Source of the DNA: a bacterium
GTDB lineage: Bacteria > Zhuqueibacterota > Zhuqueibacteria > Residuimicrobiales > Krinioviventaceae
DNA: 64,000 nucleotides
Reading direction: 5' to 3'
NCBI GenBank assembly: GCA_963675755.2
Contig: CAXXMD010000003.1
Location: forward strand, 3,552,001-3,616,000
Each line of letters starts with the position of its first letter. The stretch's first letter is position 1. The notes below the pieces were generated by a model. It did no database searches. It was not told the origin of the DNA and saw only the letters and a program-made list of their open reading frames with translations. The position numbers and the translations under genes were made by a program. This document shows positions 56,055 to 64,000 of the stretch, in pieces.

Positions 56055-58955
56055 TTACTCTATTAACATCATTTTTATTTGTTCTACATAATCACCTGCT
56101 TCAAGTACAAGATAGTAAATACCTGTTGCATAATGTTGCGCGTTCCAATTTTGAATATAACTGCCTGGAGATCTTGGCGCTGAATATAGAGTTTCAAGTA
56201 ATTGTCCGTTAATATTATATATTTTTATTGTAACATGACACTTTATCGGAATGTTGTATTGAATCATAGTCGATGAGTTAAAGGGATTTGGATGATTTTG
56301 ATATAATTTAAACGTTTCCGGCAAATGTCCTGTATCAGTCTCATTCTTTACAAAGGTAGTATTTGAATTTGTTGAGATGAAAATATCGTCCAGAAAGAAT
56401 TCGGATTGATTATCTATATATGCCATTGAATCCATTTCTACAACCCAACTCAGTGTATGATTGCCCTGCGATATGGGAAATGTTTTTAACGTCCAATTAT
56501 CCGTATCATTATCACTAACCAGAATAGCTCTGAATATATTATCTATATAAAACAAGGTATACATGGATAATCCTTTTGATTTAAAGAAAAAAGAAAGATA
56601 ATCATTTTGAGAGTAGTTTATATTCAGATCCAATTTTGCTTTATCACCAGGTTGTAACTGGCCCAGATATGCCGAGTAATTTCCGGTATTGGATTGCATG
56701 TTTGTAACTGTCCAGTCATATGTTCCGTTATTCTGCCAGGGAATGTCGGAAGATTCTAAGCTGCCAGATTCGAACGTTTCAGTATTTTCATTATATACTA
56801 CCATATATGTTATTGTACTGGTTATTACATTGTCTGAATATTCTGTTGTAGGCAGGGAGCCGGTAGATTGATTATCGTTGATATCTAAAGAAAACTCTGA
56901 TTTGAACGAATATACTCCACTTTTATCCGGCATGAAATTGATTTGGTTTTCATTGGGATTTGAAATGGAAAACGAACTGTTTTGTGGTTTTAGATCGAGT
57001 GTCCATTGAACTGTTTCATTTGATATATTAATTTCAGGAAGGGTGGGCGTGAGAAGCGAACTTTTGAGGGTTGCCGTTGTTCCCGGAACGACAAGCCGGG
57101 TTTCTGTATCGATTTCAGAAACAAACATTTGATGAGGAATGATATATTCTGTTTTGTCACTTTCCGGGATTGTATTGGGATTTTCAATGGTAGGAAAATC
57201 CATATATTCATTACCAATATAAATATCAGCATTATTTAATAGCGTTTCTGTGTTTCCAAATGAAAAATTGTCTGTAATTCTCCAAATTCCCATTTGGTTT
57301 TCAAAATTACTCTCACAATAGAGTTGCTGGTCATCCAGATACAGGGCAAATTTTTCCAGTTTCTCTGCCCCATCATTTGCTGTCCAGCTATCGAGTGCCG
57401 GTGCTACATCATAGACCAAACCGGAAACAGGTGTGTCTTCTGAGCCATCAATACAAGCGACAAATAATCCGTTTAATGTTTTACTATTATTCTTTTCCAC
57501 AAAAATATCCCGGGCACGGATTGTTATAAAATTTTGATAATCAGGATTACGACAGATCATAACCTCTCCAGATCGTACAAGCACAACTAATCCGATATCC
57601 TTGGTTATATCATCAAGGTGAGAGGCATTTGTGTTGCCATTGAGTGTAGCCATGAGATCATTTTCATGACCGGTATCTGGAAAAGTAATTCTTCCCCCGG
57701 CATGATTATCTAACCATGCTTTTATATTGGCCTGGTTCGAACTTGGATATTGGGGGATTAACGTTGTTGCCAGGTCATTACTTGAAAAATTTTGACTGTC
57801 ACTATAACGCGTCCATGAACCGTCAGGATTTTTTCTGTAATCAGAATAATTATCGTCCAATCCCAAAAGATGACCTGCCTCATGCGCGTAAACTGCATCC
57901 AGCGATTCTCCGTTAGTGTCCCATTTGCCGCCGCCATAACATTCGTTAGGCGTAGTAATGGCATTTACGTAACTGATGTCTGTATCCGTTAGCTGGATCT
58001 GGTGATATCCGCGGGTTCCGGTTGGTGTTGTAGTAGAGTTGCTGTTTCTAGTTTTAACGGTAACGTTTACTTTTTTACCATCAGTGGTTGTCTTGCCAGA
58101 CCATTTACTTTCTATTGCATTTTTAACTTTTTGAATATTTTCGGAAGTTGCTCCATCGCCCCAAAATTCAAGATACATCCGGATTTCAATTTCATCCTGT
58201 TCTTCCGGATTTGTATTGTCAATTGTAATCGACATACAATCCCCAAACATGCCACCTTTACTGATTAAGGAAATCATGCCTTTGGCTGCTGCTTGTCCCA
58301 GTGTTAATTTATAGGCTGCAACAGATCCGGGGTGCACCGGCGAACAAGGATCCTCCAGAATTGTTTCAGGAATATCATATAAAGATTCAATATGGGATTT
58401 TAATTTTTTCGGGTATTCTTTAGGTTCAATTTGTTGCATACCTGGGCCTTCGCAAGGCTCTGACGGGATTATATCAAGCAATTCTGAAGTATCGTATATT
58501 AAATTTATTTCTTCAGGAGTATTATCATTAATTACACTCACGATTCCATCAAACTGTTCATTTGCAAGATTCTCTGTGTTTACCTCATGGATTTGCTCGT
58601 TTGCTCGTATTAAAAGACGTGCAAATGTTCTGTCATGGAATGCCTCAGACTTGAATTTGGATGTTAAATTAAAAAAGTCATTATTTTGTATGGCATCCCA
58701 TATGTTTTGCAACTGTGATGTGTCAAGTGTTACAGTCAATTTGGAGATGGGAGCCTGATCGATTTGTTCCGGATAAAAGATAGTATAAGTACATTCTCCA
58801 TTTGCCAGAATACGTAGTGAATAGTTTTGGGTCCCGGGCATAGAACCACCGGAATTGGCTAATATTAATAAATCATCCGGTATTTGTGCTAAAATTTGAG
58901 ATAACGGTAACAAGAATAGAAATAAAAGTTTTGAAATTTGGCGGGAAATTATCAT
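56055..58955 (-). CDS. large secreted zinc metallopeptidase-like multidomain protein with C-terminal sorting domain
   Basis: Signal peptide; YAHEAGHLLGLDD (HExxH) with downstream NDLM; Ig/PKD-like and jelly-roll-like regions; QNHPNPFNSSTMIQY..GIYY. Confidence 0.75.
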   Translation of the reverse strand: MIISRQISKLLFLFLLPLSQILAQIPDDLLILANSGGSMPGTQNYSLRILANGECTYTIFYPEQIDQAPISKLTVTLDTSQLQNIWDAIQNNDFFNLTSKFKSEAFHDRTFARLLIRANEQIHEVNTENLANEQFDGIVSVINDNTPEEINLIYDTSELLDIIPSEPCEGPGMQQIEPKEYPKKLKSHIESLYDIPETILEDPCSPVHPGSVAAYKLTLGQAAAKGMISLISKGGMFGDCMSITIDNTNPEEQDEIEIRMYLEFWGDGATSENIQKVKNAIESKWSGKTTTDGKKVNVTVKTRNSNSTTTPTGTRGYHQIQLTDTDISYVNAITTPNECYGGGKWDTNGESLDAVYAHEAGHLLGLDDNYSDYRKNPDGSWTRYSDSQNFSSNDLATTLIPQYPSSNQANIKAWLDNHAGGRITFPDTGHENDLMATLNGNTNASHLDDITKDIGLVVLVRSGEVMICRNPDYQNFITIRARDIFVEKNNSKTLNGLFVACIDGSEDTPVSGLVYDVAPALDSWTANDGAEKLEKFALYLDDQQLYCESNFENQMGIWRITDNFSFGNTETLLNNADIYIGNEYMDFPTIENPNTIPESDKTEYIIPHQMFVSEIDTETRLVVPGTTATLKSSLLTPTLPEINISNETVQWTLDLKPQNSSFSISNPNENQINFMPDKSGVYSFKSEFSLDINDNQSTGSLPTTEYSDNVITSTITYMVVYNENTETFESGSLESSDIPWQNNGTYDWTVTNMQSNTGNYSAYLGQLQPGDKAKLDLNINYSQNDYLSFFFKSKGLSMYTLFYIDNIFRAILVSDNDTDNWTLKTFPISQGNHTLSWVVEMDSMAYIDNQSEFFLDDIFISTNSNTTFVKNETDTGHLPETFKLYQNHPNPFNSSTMIQYNIPIKCHVTIKIYNINGQLLETLYSAPRSPGSYIQNWNAQHYATGIYYLVLEAGDYVEQIKMMLIE

Positions 58956-59113
58956 AATTACACCTCAATGATAATTAATATTTTTGGAAGGAATTAACCA
59001 AGAACAATGAAGCCTATATTATTGAATTTAATTCAATTAAAGTGTTTCACAAGAAAGAATTTGGAAAATTAGATCAGAAACTGATTTTTACGGTATGCCA
59101 GAGTGGAGAGAAT

Positions 59114-59133
59114 AAGGGGGCTTTTGCCCCCTT
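59114..59133 (-). terminator. hairpin, probable terminator
   Basis: AAGGGGGC-TTTT-GCCCCCTT immediately after the stop codon. Confidence 0.55.
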
Positions 59134-59138
59134 GGTTT

Positions 59139-59708
59139 TTACATGTTTTTAATAAACTCTAATACCTCTTCACTATCCATTGCAGCTTTAACCTCGGTAT
59201 TTTTATAGACCAGTTTGTTATTTTTATCAATGATAAATGTCCAACGTGATGTTGTAAGATTTCGTTTCAGTGTTACCTTTTTACCATCAATTTCCCGTTC
59301 AATAGAACCACCATCTCGTGTTGGTACGCCAAAAGTCTCTGCAATTTTACCTTCTGAATCTGAAAGCAGGGTGAAATTTAAATTATTAGCCTCTTTAAAG
59401 TATTCCAAATTTTTTACATCATCACCACTAATCCCTACTACAGATGCTCCTGCTTCTTCCAGGTCTGATTTGTGATCTCGATAAGCACAGGCTTGTTTAG
59501 TACAACCACCGGTCATTGCTACGGGATAAAAATAAACAACCAGAGCTTTTTCACCCGTGTGTTCCTGAGATTTCCATAAATTACCGCTATCATCCATTGC
59601 CTGAAAATCAGGTATTGTATCTCCAATTGATCGATCCGTGCTGGTTTCTTTGCTGAATGAAAAATTAACAGCAATAAAAAGGAAAAGTATCATTAATTTT
59701 ATTTTCAT
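59139..59708 (-). CDS. peroxiredoxin, BCP/PrxQ family, with signal peptide
   Basis: YFYPVAMTGGCTKQAC, GISGD, RWTFIID. Confidence 0.88.
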   Translation of the reverse strand: MKIKLMILFLFIAVNFSFSKETSTDRSIGDTIPDFQAMDDSGNLWKSQEHTGEKALVVYFYPVAMTGGCTKQACAYRDHKSDLEEAGASVVGISGDDVKNLEYFKEANNLNFTLLSDSEGKIAETFGVPTRDGGSIEREIDGKKVTLKRNLTTSRWTFIIDKNNKLVYKNTEVKAAMDSEEVLEFIKNM

Positions 59709-59987
59709 TTTTTTCTCCGAACAGATTGTTTAGTTTCGTTCATTTTTTGATATTGCATAACATGAAACATTAACATTTATATTCTTATTTCCATCAAATA
59801 AAATCTTGTGGATTATTGCTTGTTTTTTATTACCTTGAAAACTTGTTTGTAAAAAAAATATTTAAATGGGAATATTTTTATCATTACAGGCATCTAATTT
59901 GTGTAACTTGTTTATAGTGTGTTTAACTGAGAACAAAATATATAGTTATACGTTATTAATAAAGAATTAACTATAGAGGAAAAAGGA

Positions 59988-61106
59988 ATGATTAACAAAA
60001 AGTTGGCTTTTTTAATTGTATTCATTATTTTAGTATTGGGACTGGTTTTACAAAATGTCTTGAGTAATCAAAAGCAGCCTATGCGACGTAATAATGCATC
60101 GGCAATCCCTCCTGTAAAAGTTTTAACAGTTGAAAATACAGATATTGTATCACAATTTGAAATTGGCGGTCATTTGACTGCATTTAATAATGTAGATATT
60201 TATGCTGAAGTATCTGGTATTTTAATAGAAACCCCAAAACGCTTTAAACCGGGAACCCGATTTAAAAAAGGCGATGTATTAATAAAAATTGATGATAGTG
60301 TTTATAAAAATCAGGTCCTTGCTCAAAAGAGCAGTTTGTTAAATCAATTAACATTGCTGTTGCCCGATCTCTCGATTGATTATCCTGGAAATATAGGCGA
60401 GTGGGAAAAATACCTGCATGACTTTAAACTTGATAAACCTTTAGCTCCGCTCCCTGAGCCTTCATCTGATCAGGAACGTTATTATATTGCTTCAAATAAT
60501 ATTTATAATCTGTATTATACAGTGAAAAGCCAGGAAGCAACCTTGGAGAAATATACAATTTCTGCTCCATATGATGGAATTGTTACCGAATCGAATATTA
60601 ATCCGGGAACATTGGTACGTACCGGACAAAATCTGGGTGAATTTACAAATACTGAAATGTATGAAATGGAAGCTTTTGCCAGTATTTATGAGGTTGAACA
60701 ACTGCATATTGGTGATGTTGTGACACTTGCTACCGACGATGTTGAAGGTGAGTTCAAGGGAACGATACAGAGGATTAACCAGGTTATTGACCCGAATTCA
60801 CAGACACTCAAAGTATATATTGTGACTACTGACAATCGTTTAAGAGAGGGTATGTATTGTACAGCAACTATTAATACCCGGGAAATTAAAAATGCCTGTC
60901 GTGTCAGCCGTAATTTGTTGGTCGGCGAAGCCAATTTATACAAGATCCAACAGGATTCAACATTAAAACTTGTTGATATAAATGTTGTTACCGGTGATGA
61001 TGACGATGTTATTATACAGGACCTTGCGGACGGAACAATGTTGTTGGGTCAGCCTATGACAAATGCGTATAATGGTATGAAAATTGGTAAAATGATCACA
61101 AATTAA
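59988..61106 (+). CDS. RND efflux periplasmic adaptor (membrane fusion protein)
   Basis: IYAEVSG, FKKGDVL, ISAPYDG, LREGMY; upstream of the RND permease. Confidence 0.88.
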   Translation: MINKKLAFLIVFIILVLGLVLQNVLSNQKQPMRRNNASAIPPVKVLTVENTDIVSQFEIGGHLTAFNNVDIYAEVSGILIETPKRFKPGTRFKKGDVLIKIDDSVYKNQVLAQKSSLLNQLTLLLPDLSIDYPGNIGEWEKYLHDFKLDKPLAPLPEPSSDQERYYIASNNIYNLYYTVKSQEATLEKYTISAPYDGIVTESNINPGTLVRTGQNLGEFTNTEMYEMEAFASIYEVEQLHIGDVVTLATDDVEGEFKGTIQRINQVIDPNSQTLKVYIVTTDNRLREGMYCTATINTREIKNACRVSRNLLVGEANLYKIQQDSTLKLVDINVVTGDDDDVIIQDLADGTMLLGQPMTNAYNGMKIGKMITN

Positions 61107-61123
61107 GCTGAAAGTTTCTTCTT

Positions 61124-64000
61124 ATGAAAAATTTGATTCGCTATTTTATAAAGTTTCCTATTCTTGGGAATACGATCCTCTTTACTATGGTCTTGTTTGG
61201 AATTTTTGGGTTCACAAGTACACGTACCACATTTTTTCCACCTGTACCCAGTAAATATATTATGATATCTGCCAGTTATCCTGGTGCGGCACCGGATGAA
61301 ATTGAAGAGGCTATTGTTCTTAAAATTGAAGATAATTTAAAGGGCGTAACAGGTGTAGAGCGTGTAACCTCGGTTTCCCGGGAAAATGCGTGTTCAATTA
61401 ATGTGGAAATGACAACCGGATATGATATTGATGTTGTTTTACAAGATGTAAAAAACGCTGTTGAACAGGTTAGCACTTTTCCCGATGGTATGGAACAGCT
61501 CAAAGTCTTTAAGCAGGAAATGATCAGTTTTGCGGCGGATTTTGTTATTAGCGGTGATGTTGATCTCAAGGTGTTGAAACAATACTCGCGTAAAGCGGAA
61601 CGCGACTTACTTTCCATGGATGGAATCTCCAAAGTTTCCCTGAGTGGTTTTCCTAATGAGGAAATTGAGATCAGTATGCGCGAAAATGATCTGCGTGCAT
61701 TGGGTTTAACATTCACCGAAGTTGTAAATTCTATTAAAAAAGCCAATATCAAAGTTACCGGTGGTACAATCAAGGGGAAAAAAGAAGAGTTACAGATTCG
61801 TGCAGATTTAAAAGGTTATTATGCCAAAGATCTGGCAAATCATGTTCTTCGTACCACTGATGATGGAAATGTTATTTATTTAAAAGATGTAGCTGATGTT
61901 ATAGATAGATGGTCAGAAAGTCCAAACCGTGTATATTTTAACGGACAACGTTGTGTTCGTGTTACAATACAAAATTTGAATGAAGAAGATCTGTTCCATA
62001 TTGCAGGTCAGGTTAAAGAATATGTAGCTGATTTCAACAATACACATAGCGATGCCAAGGCTTTTATACTTCGGGATGGCTCTGAAATTATCAAAGAACG
62101 TATTGATATTTTAACTTCAAACGGTTTGCTGGGAATGTTTCTGGTATTGTTACTTTTGACACTTTCTCTTAATATCCGAATGGCATTCTGGGTTGCTATT
62201 GCAATCCCCATCTCATTTGCAGGTATGTTTATGTTGTCTCCATTTTATGATCTGACCATTAATGTTATGTCCTTAATGGCGATGATTCTGGTGTTGGGTA
62301 TTCTGGTGGATGATGGTATTGTGATAGCTGAAAATATTTACCAGCACCACGAGCGCGGTAAAAAACCGATACAGGCTGCGGTTGATGGTACTATTGAAGT
62401 TTTACCCTCGGTTACAGCTTCAATTTTAACAACGGTTGTTGTTTTTTCTACTTTTTTCTTTCTGGAAGGTGGCTTGGGAGATCGTGCAAGGGATATTGCA
62501 TTTGTTGTAATTGCAACTTTGATGATCTCGCTTGTTGAAGGAATGCTTATTTTGCCCGCTCATATTGCCCATTCACGTGCTTTGCGTGTTTCAAAAGATC
62601 AGGTAAGCAAGTTTGAAAAATGGACCGATACGGGATTAAAGAAAATTCGTGATAAAGTTTATTCACCTGTGCTGAAATTTGCAATTCATCATCCCGTTGT
62701 TGTATTGTCTATACCGATTGCAGTTATGTTGATAACGGTTGGCGCGTTAAAAGGTGGTATCCTTAAAACAACGTTTTTCCCGTTTATTGAAAGACGATCT
62801 GTTAATATTACTCTAGAAATGCCTGCAGGTACACCGGTAGCAATCACTGACAGTATCCTGGCCGGTATTGAAACGCATGTTTGGGAAGTCAACGACATGT
62901 ATAAAGAAAGCCATAATGGTCAGGAATTGGTTACCGAGTTGTCGAGAAATGTTGGCGGCGGTACTCACCAGGGAGGTCTGCGTGTTGAATTGATCAGTGG
63001 CGAGCATAGAGACTGGTCCAGTATGGATGTTCAAAACCATCTCCGTAGTCAGATTGGTATTGTACCCGGTGCCCAGACATTCCAGGTGGGTGGCGGCGGC
63101 AATTTTGGTATGCCGGTTTCCATCGCAATGCATGGTGATGATTTGGATGAGCTGCGCGAAGCAAAAGAAATTCTTAAAGGCGAATTGCGTCAGCTTGAAA
63201 AGCTCAAAGATGTTATTGATGACGATCCTCCGGGATTAAGAGAAGTTCATATTCAACTCAAAGACAAAGCTTTTGCCCTCGGTTTAAATACAGCGGATGT
63301 GGTTGCCCAGGTTAGAAGTGGATTCTTTGGTAGTGAAGCCCAACGAATTTTACGCGGCATTGACGAAGTCAAGATCTGGGCAAGGTATGCTGAGCAGGAC
63401 CGTTCATCCATTAAAGATCTTGAAGATATGCGGATACGCCTGTCTGATGGAAGAGAGTTCCCTCTTAAAGAAATTGCGGAATTTACCATTCAACGTGGTG
63501 TTATGGCCATTAACCATATCGATGCCCAGCGTGTGATCTCGGTTGAAGCTGATGTTGCAAATCAAAAAGATTCTGTACCCGAGATTATATCTCAGATCAA
63601 AGCAGAAATTTTGCCGGATATTGCTAAACAGTTTCCCGATATTCATTTTGATTTTGAAGGCCAAAGCCGTGAAAATGCCAAGACGGTCAGGGCAATGAAA
63701 CGTGTATTACCACCAGTATTGATCATGATGTTTTTTATTGTGGTTGTAACATTTAGGTCTTTTTCACAGGCTTCTATTGTGTTCTCACTAATACCCTTTA
63801 GTTTAATTGGTGTGCTTTGGGGACATTATATTCAGGGCCACATTGTGAGTATGTTGTCCTTGTTTGGTACGATAGCGCTTGCAGGTATTGTTGTTAATGA
63901 CTCGCTTGTTTTTATAAGTGCGTTCAATCAAAAATTGAAAAAAGGTGTTGAATTCAATGAAGCATTATTGGATGCAGGACTTTCCAGGTTTAGACCGGTA
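61124..64000 (+). CDS. RND efflux permease (AcrB/CzcA family), runs off the window end
   Basis: Absent from the ORF track because it has no stop in the window; read from ATG 61124 as MKNLIRYFIKFP..YPGAAPDEIEE..GILVDDGIVIAENI..GIVVNDSLV..RFRP. Confidence 0.9.
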   Translation, partial: MKNLIRYFIKFPILGNTILFTMVLFGIFGFTSTRTTFFPPVPSKYIMISASYPGAAPDEIEEAIVLKIEDNLKGVTGVERVTSVSRENACSINVEMTTGYDIDVVLQDVKNAVEQVSTFPDGMEQLKVFKQEMISFAADFVISGDVDLKVLKQYSRKAERDLLSMDGISKVSLSGFPNEEIEISMRENDLRALGLTFTEVVNSIKKANIKVTGGTIKGKKEELQIRADLKGYYAKDLANHVLRTTDDGNVIYLKDVADVIDRWSESPNRVYFNGQRCVRVTIQNLNEEDLFHIAGQVKEYVADFNNTHSDAKAFILRDGSEIIKERIDILTSNGLLGMFLVLLLLTLSLNIRMAFWVAIAIPISFAGMFMLSPFYDLTINVMSLMAMILVLGILVDDGIVIAENIYQHHERGKKPIQAAVDGTIEVLPSVTASILTTVVVFSTFFFLEGGLGDRARDIAFVVIATLMISLVEGMLILPAHIAHSRALRVSKDQVSKFEKWTDTGLKKIRDKVYSPVLKFAIHHPVVVLSIPIAVMLITVGALKGGILKTTFFPFIERRSVNITLEMPAGTPVAITDSILAGIETHVWEVNDMYKESHNGQELVTELSRNVGGGTHQGGLRVELISGEHRDWSSMDVQNHLRSQIGIVPGAQTFQVGGGGNFGMPVSIAMHGDDLDELREAKEILKGELRQLEKLKDVIDDDPPGLREVHIQLKDKAFALGLNTADVVAQVRSGFFGSEAQRILRGIDEVKIWARYAEQDRSSIKDLEDMRIRLSDGREFPLKEIAEFTIQRGVMAINHIDAQRVISVEADVANQKDSVPEIISQIKAEILPDIAKQFPDIHFDFEGQSRENAKTVRAMKRVLPPVLIMMFFIVVVTFRSFSQASIVFSLIPFSLIGVLWGHYIQGHIVSMLSLFGTIALAGIVVNDSLVFISAFNQKLKKGVEFNEALLDAGLSRFRPV

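Noticed and set aside
61276-63664. Short ORFs listed in the track at the window end
   Set aside because: They lie within the long RND permease frame starting at 61124, which the track missed because it has no stop codon in the window

Overview
A bacterial chromosomal segment with about 44 CDSs. The many secreted proteins ending in a 'QNYPNPFNP..T.I.Y' sorting domain suggest an FCB-group organism such as KSB1 or Calditrichota (inference). No rRNA, tRNA, CRISPR array, integrase or transposase is visible. Much of the window encodes sugar, sulfate and phosphate scavenging enzymes (pectate lyase, sulfatases, phosphatases, galactokinase, sodium:solute symporter) and housekeeping functions (methionine synthase, CoA transferase, peroxiredoxin, RND pump). 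Four things stand out. (1) A candidate trans-envelope signalling module at 16.8-26.7 kb: a membrane CHASE2/sigma54-activator fusion, a perfect -24/-12 promoter with upstream repeats, two paralogous outer-membrane barrels (one fused to a transglutaminase-like Cys domain), a FecR-TPR protein and a TonB receptor. (2) A tandem array of secreted repeat proteins at 28.3-34.0 kb with conserved ends and highly divergent middles, start codons graded ATG/TTG/CTG, its own sigma54-like promoter and flanking REP-like hairpins. (3) Several families of short palindromic elements that bracket AT-rich accessory genes (a TPR gene, a GxxExxY nuclease gene), including a three-layer nested element at 43.6-44.3 kb. 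(4) A secreted metallopeptidase carrying thioester-domain-like motifs.
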